This document shows positions 38,912 to 48,855 of a stretch of DNA of 64,000 nucleotides, piece by piece (position 1 is the stretch's first letter; the number at the start of each line of letters is the position of its first letter). Under the pieces are notes generated by a model that saw only the letters and a list, made by a program, of their open reading frames with translations, was not told where the DNA came from and ran no database searches. The position numbers and the translations under genes were made by a program. The DNA comes from Terrimicrobiaceae bacterium (GTDB taxonomy: Bacteria > Verrucomicrobiota > Verrucomicrobiia > Chthoniobacterales > Terrimicrobiaceae), in NCBI GenBank assembly GCA_041752695.1, contig JBGSVZ010000092.1, forward strand, positions 64,001 to 128,000, read 5' to 3'.

Positions 38912-40213
38912 ATGACTGCGCAATTCCGCAAGGTGGGACTGGCGACATGTGTGGCCCTGGTGATGGCCAACATGATCGGGACCGGCGTGTTTGCGAGTCT
39001 CGGGTTTCAAGTGGCGGTGCTGCCGTCGCCGTTTCTGATTGTCGTGTTGTGGGTGCTGGGCGGGGTGGTCGCATTGTGCGGGGCGCTGAGTTACGCGGAA
39101 CTGGCGGCGGCGCTGCCGCGGTCGGGCGGGGAGTATAATTTTCTGGCGAGGGTCTATCATCCGGCTGTGGGGTTTATGGGGGGATTTGTGTCGGTGCTGG
39201 TGGGTTTTGCCGCGCCCATTGCCCTCACTGCGATGTTGTTTGGCGGGTATGTCGCGGCGGCTCTGCCGGGGATTTCGGCAACCGTGGCTTCGTTCACCGT
39301 GGCGTTGGGGCTGGCTCTGATGCATGGCCTGACGGTGGGGGCGAGCGGGCGATTTCAGGTGGGAGTGACGAGTCTGAAGGTGGGGCTGATTCTGGCCTTT
39401 CTGGTGCTGGGAGTGTGGAAGGGACGGTGGCCGGCGGAAGGGTTCGGTCCGCGCCCGGGGGATTGGTCCGCGCTGGTGAGCGCGCCCTTTGCGCTCTCGC
39501 TCATGTATGTGCTGTATTCCTACACGGGATGGAATTCGGCGGCCTATATCATGGGGGAAGTGCGAAGGCCGGAATGGACCGTGCCGCGTGCCCTGCTGAT
39601 TGCGACGGGCGTGGTCACCGTTCTTTATGTGGGCCTGAACACAGTGTTTCTCGCGAGTGGGCCGATGGAGGATTTTGCGGGCAAACGCGAGGTGGGGGAA
39701 ATTGCGGCGCGGCATTTGCTGGGTGACAACGGCGGACGGGTGATGGCGGGATTGATCGGGATCGGTCTGATGTCGGCGATCAGCGCGATGACGTGGGCAG
39801 GGCCCCGGGTGGCACAGGCCATTGGGCAGGATTTTTCGGCGCTGGCCTTTCTGGCGAAAACGGGCGCGGGCGGAGTCCCCCGGCGGGCGTTGCTTCTTCA
39901 GACGGTTATTGTGGTGTTGTTGCTGATCACGGGAACGTTTGAGACCGTTTTGGTCTATGCGTTTTTTGCCATTTTGACCTGCAGTTTTCTCACGGTGCTT
40001 GGGGTGATTGTGCTGCGGGTGCGGCAGCCGGAGTTGCCCAGGCCCTTCCGGTGCTGGGGGTATCCTGTGACTCCGGTGACCTTTCTGGCATTGAACGCGT
40101 TCACTCTGGTGCACACCGCCTGGGAACAACCGTGGCAGGCGGCGGCAGGGGTAGTCACGCTGGCGGGGGGAATCGGGCTGTATTTTTTGGCGAAATTTCG
40201 CACAGTCAACTGA
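38912..40213 (+). CDS. APC family amino acid permease
   Basis: NMIGTGVF, YAELAAALPRSGGEY, YSYTGWN, RPFRCWGYP; many TM segments. Confidence 0.92.
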   Translation: MTAQFRKVGLATCVALVMANMIGTGVFASLGFQVAVLPSPFLIVVLWVLGGVVALCGALSYAELAAALPRSGGEYNFLARVYHPAVGFMGGFVSVLVGFAAPIALTAMLFGGYVAAALPGISATVASFTVALGLALMHGLTVGASGRFQVGVTSLKVGLILAFLVLGVWKGRWPAEGFGPRPGDWSALVSAPFALSLMYVLYSYTGWNSAAYIMGEVRRPEWTVPRALLIATGVVTVLYVGLNTVFLASGPMEDFAGKREVGEIAARHLLGDNGGRVMAGLIGIGLMSAISAMTWAGPRVAQAIGQDFSALAFLAKTGAGGVPRRALLLQTVIVVLLLITGTFETVLVYAFFAILTCSFLTVLGVIVLRVRQPELPRPFRCWGYPVTPVTFLALNAFTLVHTAWEQPWQAAAGVVTLAGGIGLYFLAKFRTVN

Positions 40214-41352
40214 TGATCCGCGTGCTCTGTTTGCTGCTGATGGGATGCGCTCTCGCCGGGGCGCAGGAGGTGCGTCGAGCGTTGCCGGTGACCCCGGAGG
40301 TTCGGCCCGATGAACTCGCAAAATTTCTGGCCGGGATTCCGCTGTCGGAGAGCGCAGCGCTCGCCTCTTTGCAAAAAAGTGCAGACTATGCCGCGCACGT
40401 GAAGGAGTTGGCCAAGCTGACCCGACACTACGACAAGCAATATTTTTCCAAAATGCGGGCCTGGAGCGCGGCGGAGCTTGCCCCGCGCATCGCGATGGAT
40501 CGGCCGGTGATCTATTTTTTTGGCGGACCGGATGCGGTGAGTCCACTGGCGTTGTTTCCAGAGGCACCGGTGTATCTTCTGGGCGGGTTGGAAAGTGTGG
40601 GGGACATCGCCGCGCCGCAGACTCTCACTCCCGAGGCCCTGGCGGAGGGCCTGAAGAATATTCGCGAGTCGGCGGATGTCATTTTGGCCTACGGGCATTT
40701 TATCACGAAGGACATGAAGACGGACCTCGACCGCACGGCATTTCGTGGAGTGCTTCCACTGATCTACACCTTCATTGCTCTGACGGGAGGCGAGGTGGTC
40801 GGATCGGAGTTTGTCGGCGTCAACCGGGACGGTTCCCTCCTGGCGGCCGGGAGTGAATCGAAAGGCGGGCTGCCTGGCGTTAAAGTGACCTTCCGCCGGG
40901 CGCCCGGAGCAGGAGAGCAGGTGATGTATTATGTGCAGGCCAATGTGGCGGACGATGCGCTAAAGACTAATGACGCCGTTCTGAAATGGGCCGGAGGTTT
41001 CGGTCAGGGCAATGTGTATTTGAAAGCGGCGTCGTATCTCATGCATGAGACCTATTTCTCGCGCATCCGGAATTTCCTTTTGGCTCAGGGGGCGGCGGTC
41101 TTGCAGGATGACTCGGGGATTCCGTTCCGGTTTTTCCAGGATGGAAGCTGGCGGTGTTGGTTGTTCGGGCGGTATGCGGGGACGTTGGAGATCTTCGCGA
41201 AATACCATCAGGCGGATCTGGTTGGGGTGTTTTCTTCGTCTGGGGGAGCCGTGGAGTTGCCCTTTGGCACCGGTTACAAATGGCGGATGGGAGAATCGAA
41301 TCTTTTGCTGGCCGTCCGCCAGCAAGTCCCTCGCGCTTTGCCGGCGCGGTGA
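40213..41352 (+). CDS. Exported hypothetical protein coupled to the permease
   Basis: TGATG overlap; signal peptide; motifs YFFGGPD, LKAASYLMH, LQDDSGIP. Confidence 0.8.
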   Translation: MIRVLCLLLMGCALAGAQEVRRALPVTPEVRPDELAKFLAGIPLSESAALASLQKSADYAAHVKELAKLTRHYDKQYFSKMRAWSAAELAPRIAMDRPVIYFFGGPDAVSPLALFPEAPVYLLGGLESVGDIAAPQTLTPEALAEGLKNIRESADVILAYGHFITKDMKTDLDRTAFRGVLPLIYTFIALTGGEVVGSEFVGVNRDGSLLAAGSESKGGLPGVKVTFRRAPGAGEQVMYYVQANVADDALKTNDAVLKWAGGFGQGNVYLKAASYLMHETYFSRIRNFLLAQGAAVLQDDSGIPFRFFQDGSWRCWLFGRYAGTLEIFAKYHQADLVGVFSSSGGAVELPFGTGYKWRMGESNLLLAVRQQVPRALPAR

Positions 41353-41355
41353 TGG

Positions 41356-42336
41356 CTATTGGTAAAAGGCGCGGAGAAAATCCGGGTCGCGAAAACCGGG
41401 AGAATTGCCCAGGCGCACGATGATTTGGTTTCGGGAGGGAACGATGTAAACCCTCTGTCCGCGGGATCCAACCATGGCCACAAGGTCGGGAGGGGCCCTG
41501 CGGGAAAGGCAGGATTGCGCCCAGTCTTTGCGTCCGAGCGAGCCTGCGATTGCCTCCTCGACATTGCGTTCGACGGCGGAGGGTTTGCGGCAATTTTGGT
41601 TGAGCCAGAAGCCCAGGCCGTACATCGAATTGGCGGGAGAGCCGGTGGTGGCTTCGTTGATCAACCGTGAGGGAATGATCGGAAAAATTGCCGCCCAGCC
41701 GTTGCGTCGCACGACGTGGCCGAGGTCCAGAAGCTGGCGGGCATTTAGATGAGCGCCGGCGGAAAAGTACGGTCGTCCGTCCCCGTCACGGCGAAGGTTG
41801 GTCGGTCTCACGGAGGTGAACGGCAAGTTCAACCAGGACGCGGCGGGCGGAGCTTTTCGAGCCAGCAAGGCAGCGAGAACTTCGTAGTGGGATGGGCCGT
41901 AGGCAAAGACCTCGCCCGGGGAGGAGACTGCCGGGAGGCCAAGGGCAATTGCGTCCTTGTCGCGAACCCCTCGCGCATAAAGTTTTTCGTATCCGGGGCT
42001 CAGTCCGGACGTTTGCGCCAGCAGGTGCCGAACCGTGATTTGGCGTTTGCGGGGGTCGGATTTCCAGGCTGTGACCGTGTCGGAGACGGGGTCGTCAAGG
42101 CGGAGGACGCCGCGCCCCACAGCGTGCAGGAGGCTGAGGGCGGCGAGGCTTTTGGTGATGCTGAAGAGGTTGGCTTCCGCTCCGGCATTTGCCTGACGGT
42201 GAAAAATGAGTCGTCCCTCCTGCCAGACGAGGAGAGCACGTTCGCCCCTTTGCTGCGAGTACCGGGCGGCTTCGGGAAGCCCGGCGTGGGAGCAGGGGAC
42301 CGCGAAAACGAGCGCGAGAGCGACCGGGAGAATCAA
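41356..42336 (-). CDS. Serine hydrolase (beta-lactamase class C-like)
   Basis: SITK (SxxK), ITVRHLLAQTSGL, FAYG, YGLGFW; signal peptide; TTG start. Confidence 0.82.
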   Translation of the reverse strand: MILPVALALVFAVPCSHAGLPEAARYSQQRGERALLVWQEGRLIFHRQANAGAEANLFSITKSLAALSLLHAVGRGVLRLDDPVSDTVTAWKSDPRKRQITVRHLLAQTSGLSPGYEKLYARGVRDKDAIALGLPAVSSPGEVFAYGPSHYEVLAALLARKAPPAASWLNLPFTSVRPTNLRRDGDGRPYFSAGAHLNARQLLDLGHVVRRNGWAAIFPIIPSRLINEATTGSPANSMYGLGFWLNQNCRKPSAVERNVEEAIAGSLGRKDWAQSCLSRRAPPDLVAMVGSRGQRVYIVPSRNQIIVRLGNSPGFRDPDFLRAFYQ

Positions 42337-44522
42337 TGGAGCGGCGGAAGGCTCGCGCGGGGGGCCATATTTGTCTCCGCCTGCGTGGATCGGCTCAAGG
42401 CCTCACGAGTGCGTCGATACGTGGCGGAGTCTTTCCAGACGCCCCAGTTAGCGGTATACGACGTGTCGCAATGGAGGCAGTCCACGCGGGGGTCCAGGCC
42501 GGGCAGCCAGGTATTTTCCCGGGAACAGGCGGGGCAGAAACTGACAAAGGCCGCGCACCGCTCAATTGCGGTGAGGAGTGATTTGTCCTGCGGCACATCC
42601 ACGTCGCGGGGTTCGAGTTGAAGGTCCAAACTCTGCGCTACGCTGCAGCGTCCGAGGTAGCGGCGGCGGGTGTTTTCGTAAAGGGTTTCGACGCCGTGGG
42701 TATTGGCATATCGGCGGTCTTTGCGTTCGCAGTAGAGGTGAAACGCGAGGAGGATGGTGCGCATGGCTTCCATGCTGACGGGAATGCGGTCCTTGTCGCA
42801 AAGCTGCGTGAAAAGTGCGGCCAGTTCCAAGGGGCCGAAGCTGGTGAAAAACACGGTGTGCCGGAATGCGCGATCGAGCACGGCGCTTTGGCGCATGAGG
42901 CGGCGGAGTTCATCGCGCTCTCCGTCGATTACGACAATTTCCCCGGGAATGCCCACCAGTCGTTCGATCGCTTCGCGTGCCACGTCGTTTTCCGGGGCCG
43001 AACCGGTGGCTTCCCGGGCGCGCACAAAAACCACTCCAGGGTGGGGGGCATGGGCACCGTTGACATTGCTGAGGGAAAGTTCCTCCACATGAGGCGAGGG
43101 GAGAACGCCGAAGGCGTGCAGCCCCTCGGCCAGTAAGCGTGCGGCGGTGAGTTTTCCCGTGCCGGAGGGGCCCATGAAGACGCTGTGGTAGCTTTGGTTG
43201 GGAACAGGCAGCCCGCCGAGGCGGCGTTGCTGGCCGGCGTGGGCAAGCCGGAGGATGCGTTCGAGTTCGTTGCGCACCACGTCCTGACTGACGGATGTTT
43301 TCAACCTCTCCATCACCTCGGAGATCGTTGAGACCGGGGCTTTGGAAATTTCCGGCGCTGGAGCCTGCGGCAGTGAGTCCCGGGATTCGCAGGCTTCCAG
43401 AATCAATTGGAGAGAGTTTCCGACCGCGGTGGGGGGCTCACCGACAAAAACGCAGTCGCGCAAAATCCCCTGACAGGCATTGGCGGCGAGGCCGGCGGAT
43501 TTTTTGGAAACCGCGGTGACCGAGCGGGCCGTGAGATGAGAGGAACGGGCATCAATTGCGGGCTCGTTGTTCGCGGAAAGACAAGAGTCGACAATTTCCA
43601 GGCGGGTCTGCTCAAGGGAAAGCGCGGAGGAGGGCGCCGGCTGGACGGTCAAGCGTCGGATGGCGGCGCTGCCACCGGTAAGTGCGATCTGGGCGCAGCG
43701 GGCGGTCGTCTGCCCGCTGACGGTACAGGTATTGAGGTGCAGCGGGGTGGACGAGGGGTCGTTGCCGGCAATGATGGCCGCCGTCTCGCTGGCGTGGAAA
43801 TGGGAGAACAGGATGCGGGCGTCCCCGCAGTTGCTCAAATACGCCGCGATGGTGTTTTTGGAAAACGTGGCTCCTTCACAGTAAACCACGGCATTTTCCG
43901 CAGAAAGTCCCGCTCCGGGATCCGATTCGTCCACGCTGAGGCAGCCTTCGAGACGCGAGTCGTAGATGGCCCCAGAACTGCCGGGAAGCAGCAAGACCCC
44001 GGTGCGACAGTTGGCGATGCGACTGGTATGGATTTCGATCGAGGCCTGGTGGTCTGCGCTCACGCCCTCCGAGGCGGATCCGGCCAGGCAGTTTCGTAGA
44101 TAAAGCTCGGCCCTGCCCTCGGGGGAGCCGGCATGGATCGCTCCCTGCACCGCGCAGTCGTCCAGGAGAAGAGCACCTTTGGCGACCTCGACAGCCCGAC
44201 CGCCGGACTCGCCTTGACAAATGATGCCCGAAAGAATGACCAGGCCTTCGGTGCGCACCTTGATGACCCCCAGGAAGCGGACGGGACCATTTTGCTGGCT
44301 CCGGAGTTCCACAGCCTTGGTGATCTCGAAAGCGGGGTAGTCCCCGGATGGGACGTGAATGACGTCACCCTTGGACGCACGACGCACCGCGGTCGCGAGG
44401 TTTTTGACACTAAAAATGCCACCCTCGGGGTCCACGACAACGTCGCGCCGACGCTCGGGAGAGATGTTGGTACGGAGAACTTCGTCAAGCTGGGAGGGAC
44501 GAAGCAGGGTTTTCATGGGCAT
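42333..44522 (-). CDS. Right-handed beta-helix + degenerate CbbX/SpoVK-like AAA+ + zinc-ribbon protein (alternative start at 44516)
   Basis: VVVDPEGG...[11 protein letters not shown] beta-helix start; [18 protein letters not shown]...CLHC near the C-terminus. Confidence 0.75.
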   Translation of the reverse strand: MPMKTLLRPSQLDEVLRTNISPERRRDVVVDPEGGIFSVKNLATAVRRASKGDVIHVPSGDYPAFEITKAVELRSQQNGPVRFLGVIKVRTEGLVILSGIICQGESGGRAVEVAKGALLLDDCAVQGAIHAGSPEGRAELYLRNCLAGSASEGVSADHQASIEIHTSRIANCRTGVLLLPGSSGAIYDSRLEGCLSVDESDPGAGLSAENAVVYCEGATFSKNTIAAYLSNCGDARILFSHFHASETAAIIAGNDPSSTPLHLNTCTVSGQTTARCAQIALTGGSAAIRRLTVQPAPSSALSLEQTRLEIVDSCLSANNEPAIDARSSHLTARSVTAVSKKSAGLAANACQGILRDCVFVGEPPTAVGNSLQLILEACESRDSLPQAPAPEISKAPVSTISEVMERLKTSVSQDVVRNELERILRLAHAGQQRRLGGLPVPNQSYHSVFMGPSGTGKLTAARLLAEGLHAFGVLPSPHVEELSLSNVNGAHAPHPGVVFVRAREATGSAPENDVAREAIERLVGIPGEIVVIDGERDELRRLMRQSAVLDRAFRHTVFFTSFGPLELAALFTQLCDKDRIPVSMEAMRTILLAFHLYCERKDRRYANTHGVETLYENTRRRYLGRCSVAQSLDLQLEPRDVDVPQDKSLLTAIERCAAFVSFCPACSRENTWLPGLDPRVDCLHCDTSYTANWGVWKDSATYRRTREALSRSTQAETNMAPRASLPPLH

Positions 44523-44642
44523 GCCATTATTTCGGAAATCACAGATATTGAACACGTTCTACCGAGATTGTCAGCCCCGCATTTCAAGGTTGCTTTTCCA
44601 TGGTCAGGGAGCCACCGTCAACTCTCAATAAATTACCGATCA

Positions 44643-45617
44643 ATGAGCGCCACCGTCTCCTCCTCCAGCCAGTTGAATCAACTAAAACAATTCACCACGG
44701 TCGTCGCCGACACGGGAGATTTCGAATCGATCCGGAAATATTCGCCGCAGGATGCGACGACCAATCCGACCCTGATATTCAAGGCCGTCCAGCAGGAGGA
44801 ATACAAGCCATTGCTCGCGCAGGCCATTGCGGACAACCGCGGCTCCTCCCTCAGTGGAGAGGTTTTGCAAAAAAAGATCATCGACGACCTTCTTGTGGCC
44901 TTTGGGTTGAAAATTCTCGACATCGTTCCCGGCCGCGTTTCCACCGAGGTGGATGCGCGTCTGTCCTTTGACGCTGAGGCCACCGTCGAGAAGGCCCGTT
45001 ATCTGATTAGCCTTTACGAGAAAGCCGGCGTGGCGCGTGAACGTGTTCTGATCAAAATCGCCTCCACATGGGAAGGGGCCCAGGCTGCGGCGGTTTGCGA
45101 AAAGGAAGGGATCCATTGCAATTTGACCCTGATGTTCTCCCTCGCTCAGGCGGTGGCCTGTGCCGAGGCCGGAGCGACTCTCATCTCGCCCTTCGTCGGC
45201 CGGATTTACGACTACTACAAATCCACGACGGGCAAGGAATATGTCGGGGCTGAGGACCCGGGTGTCCAGTCGGTGCAGAATATTTACGGATACTACAAGA
45301 AATTCGGCTACAAAACGCAGGTCATGGGCGCGAGTTTCCGCAACGTGGGAGAGATCCTGGAACTGGCCGGTTGCGACCTGCTGACCATTGGGCCGGAGTG
45401 GCTGGAGGCCTTGCAAAACAGCGACGCGGTGGTCGAGCGCAAGCTCAGCCCGGAAATTGCCCGGGCTTCCGAAATCGAACGCATCGTGCACAGCGAAAAA
45501 GTCTTCCGCTGGCTCCTCAATGAAGACGCGATGGCGACCGACAAGCTGGCCGACGGTATCCGGAAATTTGCGGCCGACATTGTGAAGCTGGAAGGCATCA
45601 TCGCGAAAGCGCTTTAG
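44643..45617 (+). CDS. tal: Transaldolase
   Basis: [48 protein letters not shown]. Confidence 0.95.
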   Translation: MSATVSSSSQLNQLKQFTTVVADTGDFESIRKYSPQDATTNPTLIFKAVQQEEYKPLLAQAIADNRGSSLSGEVLQKKIIDDLLVAFGLKILDIVPGRVSTEVDARLSFDAEATVEKARYLISLYEKAGVARERVLIKIASTWEGAQAAAVCEKEGIHCNLTLMFSLAQAVACAEAGATLISPFVGRIYDYYKSTTGKEYVGAEDPGVQSVQNIYGYYKKFGYKTQVMGASFRNVGEILELAGCDLLTIGPEWLEALQNSDAVVERKLSPEIARASEIERIVHSEKVFRWLLNEDAMATDKLADGIRKFAADIVKLEGIIAKAL

Positions 45618-45620
45618 AAC

Positions 45621-46241
45621 ATGGGACGCGTTTTTCTTTCTTTGCTCGCTTGCGTTGTCGCGGCGGGTTCCCTCTCGGCCGCCATCGTGCCATCTGATCA
45701 TCCGGGGGCCGTGCCGATTTTGTTGGGGCTCGACAAAGTGCGGGTGGCATTGAAGGTGGATTCTTTGCAACGGGCGGTGCTGGACTCTATCCGGTCGGAA
45801 TACAAATCCGCCGCCCGCAAGCTGACCAACCCCATGCCGGCAACGCCGGCAGAGCGGGTGGCGGCGGAGAAGAATCTGGTCGCTCTCAATGAGCGTTACA
45901 ACCAACGTGCTCTTTCGGTGCTCAACGACACGCAAAAAAAACGCTTTGTCCAGATCGAGCACCAAGTGGCGGGCGCCAGCATGCTTTATGCGCCGAAGGT
46001 CCAGGCGAAAGTCGGCCTCACGGCCGAACAAAAAAAACAGGTGATGGGGGTCCATGCTGCGGAAAAAGCATACGTTGCCAAGATTAACGGTCAGTTTGAG
46101 GCGGGGAAAATCAGCTATCACGAGCGTCTCGAACTCCTGCGCAGCCGCCGGCTTTCCCAGGGGGCTTCCTTGCTGAAGTTGCTGACGCCGGAGCAGCGGG
46201 AGGCGTTTCTAGCCTTGGGCGGAGAAAAATTTGCCCTCTAG
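45621..46241 (+). CDS. Exported helical hypothetical protein (Spy/CpxP-like LTxxQ motifs)
   Basis: Signal peptide; LNDTQ, LTAEQ, LTPEQ. Confidence 0.7.
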   Translation: MGRVFLSLLACVVAAGSLSAAIVPSDHPGAVPILLGLDKVRVALKVDSLQRAVLDSIRSEYKSAARKLTNPMPATPAERVAAEKNLVALNERYNQRALSVLNDTQKKRFVQIEHQVAGASMLYAPKVQAKVGLTAEQKKQVMGVHAAEKAYVAKINGQFEAGKISYHERLELLRSRRLSQGASLLKLLTPEQREAFLALGGEKFAL

Positions 46242-46385
46242 GACGGTCTCTGGCTGCGGCCAATGCCAGTCTGGCGGTCCAAGGCGACTTCCCCTCGGGA
46301 GCACTTCGAAATTCTTGTGGGAAAAATTTTCCCGCGTACATTGCAGGTTTTCCCGGCCGCAGGCCCAAATGAGTTTTAACGGAAT

Positions 46386-47255
46386 ATGAAGATCTATCTC
46401 GACGGAGAGTTTTACGATAAAGAGAACGCCAAAATTTCGGTGTTCGATCACGGTTTGTTGTACGGCGACGGCGTGTTCGAAGGCATCCGGTTCTACGGGG
46501 GCCGGGTTTTCCGGTTGGAAGAGCACATGAACCGGCTTTACGATTCCGCCAAGGCGATTTGCCTCACTGTTTCGCTGGACAAAGCGACTCTTACGGAGGC
46601 GGTTCTGGAGACGATTCGGCAAAATGATCTGCAGGACGGCTATGTTCGTCTGGTGGTCACCCGCGGCAGCGGCGATCTGGGCCTGAATCCGGCTCTTTGT
46701 CCGAAAGCAACCGTGTTTGTCATTGCCTCGAAGATCACCCTTTATCCCGAGGAAATGTATCGCAACGGCCTCGTGGTCGCGACCTGCGCCACCCGCCGAA
46801 TTGCGCATGGGGCCCTTAGCCCGATGGTGAAGTCGCTCAATTATTTGAACAACGTGATGGCCAAGATCGAAGCCCAGCAGGCTGGAGCGGGCGAAGGCTT
46901 GATGTTGAATGAGCAGGGCTACGTGGCCGAATGCACGGGCGACAATATTTTCATCGTCAAGAACGGGAAACTTTTCACCCCGCCAATTTCCTCGGGTGCC
47001 CTCGCTGGTGTGACCCGGGCCGTTGTTTTTGAAATGGCTGCGGAGTTCGGGATTCCGATCAGCGAGCCGGAGATGACCCGCTACGACATCTACACGGCAG
47101 ACGAGTGTTTTCTCACCGGCACCGCTGCCGAAGTGATCCCCGCGGTAAAGCTGGACAACCGGCTGATTGGCGACGGCAAGCCCGGGCCGTTGACCGCCCG
47201 CTTAATTGCGCGGTTCCATGAGTTGACAGCGACGACAGGCACGGCGATTTATTGA
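46386..47255 (+). CDS. ilvE: Branched-chain amino acid aminotransferase
   Basis: DHGLLYGDGVFEGIR, KSLNYL, ECTGDNIF, LAGVTR, FLTGTAAEV. Confidence 0.93.
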   Translation: MKIYLDGEFYDKENAKISVFDHGLLYGDGVFEGIRFYGGRVFRLEEHMNRLYDSAKAICLTVSLDKATLTEAVLETIRQNDLQDGYVRLVVTRGSGDLGLNPALCPKATVFVIASKITLYPEEMYRNGLVVATCATRRIAHGALSPMVKSLNYLNNVMAKIEAQQAGAGEGLMLNEQGYVAECTGDNIFIVKNGKLFTPPISSGALAGVTRAVVFEMAAEFGIPISEPEMTRYDIYTADECFLTGTAAEVIPAVKLDNRLIGDGKPGPLTARLIARFHELTATTGTAIY

Positions 47256-47257
47256 AT

Positions 47258-47743
47258 ATGCAATGTGATGTCTGCCACGAGAAGGAAGCCACGGTTTTCC
47301 TGACCCAAATCGTGGGCGGCAAGATGCAGAAGGTCAATATGTGTGAGTCCTGCTCGAAGGAGAAGGGAGTGAATGATCCCACCGGCTTCGAGCTGGCGGA
47401 TCTCCTTCTTGGCATGGGGGCGGCTCAGGATATCGAGCGGCTGCCGGATCATTCGAAATGTCCGGTCTGCGGGTTTACCCAGTCGGATTTCAAAAAAACC
47501 GGTCGTCTCGGGTGCAGTGCCTGTTACGAAGTTTTTACCGAGGGCCTCGAAAGCATGCTCAAAAACATGCACAAAGGCTCCGAGCACGTCGGCAAGGCTC
47601 CCGCCATTTTTCTGAAGACCCGCCATCAAAGCGCCCATATCAAATCGCTGCAAACCAACCTCGAAAGCGCGGTCGCCGCGGAGGAATATGAGCGGGCGGC
47701 CGATCTGCGCGATCAAATCCGCCGGATGGAGACGGGCGCATGA
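47258..47743 (+). CDS. mcsA: McsA (UVR-domain) activator
   Basis: Four CxxC motifs; GRLGC..CY; H.GK.P; EEYERAA.LRD. Confidence 0.9.
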   Translation: MQCDVCHEKEATVFLTQIVGGKMQKVNMCESCSKEKGVNDPTGFELADLLLGMGAAQDIERLPDHSKCPVCGFTQSDFKKTGRLGCSACYEVFTEGLESMLKNMHKGSEHVGKAPAIFLKTRHQSAHIKSLQTNLESAVAAEEYERAADLRDQIRRMETGA

Positions 47744-48855
47744 AACTTTCCAAAGTCATTTCCAACAGTTGTGAGTGGCTGAGCGGCGACGGCCCGCACC
47801 GTCAGATCGTGGTCAGCAGCCGCGTCCGACTGGCGCGCAATCTCACGAATAAGCCCTTCCCGGGCTGGGCCAAAAAAGCCGAACGTCTGGATGTCCTCAA
47901 ATCCGTCAAGGGTGCGGTGGAAGCTCTCCCGGAGATGGCCGACGCTTTTTCCGAAAATCTCGAAGCCCTGTCGCCCTTGGAGAAGCAGGTTTTGGTGGAA
48001 CGCCATCTTATCAGCCGCGAACACGCCGCCAAAGTGGTTGGCAGTGCCGTGGTGATGAACGGCACGCAGACGCTCAGTTTTATGGTGAACGAGGAGGATC
48101 ACCTCCGCATGCAGGCCATTTGCTGTGGGTTGCAGCTGGAAAAGGTGTTCGCCATGATCAATCAGGCGGATACCGAACTGGAACCGCTGCTGGAATTTGC
48201 CTTTCACCCCCGCTTGGGATATCTCACGGCCTGCCCGACGAACGTCGGCACCGGGATGCGCGCCTCCGCCATGCTGCATCTGCCCGGACTGGTGCTCGGC
48301 GAACAGATGAACAAAATCATCAATTCGGTGAACAAAATCGGCCTGGCCGTTCGCGGCTTGCACGGGGAGGGGACCGAGGCCATGGGCAATCTTTTCCAGG
48401 TTTCCAATCAGACCACCCTGGGCGAAACCGAGGAAACCATCATTGAACGCCTGAACAAGGTGATCGAGCAGATCATCGAACACGAGCACAACGCCCGCCG
48501 CACACTTTTGCAGCGCAAACCCATCACCCTGCTGGACCAGATCGGTCGGGCTTATGGCGTGCTCAATCACGCGCATTCGATCAATTCCAAGGAAGCGCTC
48601 AACCTCCTCTCCGCCATCAAGTTGGGAGTGGATCTCGGCCTTTTCGCGCCGGAACACCGTTTCCCGGTCGACGAGTTGTTTATCGAGACCCAGCCCGCGC
48701 ACTTGCAGAAGGGCGCGCAGACGCAAAAAATGACCGCAGATGAAAGGGACACCTTGCGCGCTGCCCTGATTCGCGCCAAACTTAAGAAAGTTCCTGAACC
48801 GGATATCGCGAAAATCGCCAGTCCTGCCTCAGGATCTCCAGAAAATGATGAATAA
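47740..48855 (+). CDS. mcsB: Protein-arginine kinase
   Basis: SSRVRLARN, ERHLIS, NEEDHLR, GYLTACPTNVGTG, FQVSNQTTLG. Confidence 0.93.
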   Translation: MKLSKVISNSCEWLSGDGPHRQIVVSSRVRLARNLTNKPFPGWAKKAERLDVLKSVKGAVEALPEMADAFSENLEALSPLEKQVLVERHLISREHAAKVVGSAVVMNGTQTLSFMVNEEDHLRMQAICCGLQLEKVFAMINQADTELEPLLEFAFHPRLGYLTACPTNVGTGMRASAMLHLPGLVLGEQMNKIINSVNKIGLAVRGLHGEGTEAMGNLFQVSNQTTLGETEETIIERLNKVIEQIIEHEHNARRTLLQRKPITLLDQIGRAYGVLNHAHSINSKEALNLLSAIKLGVDLGLFAPEHRFPVDELFIETQPAHLQKGAQTQKMTADERDTLRAALIRAKLKKVPEPDIAKIASPASGSPENDE

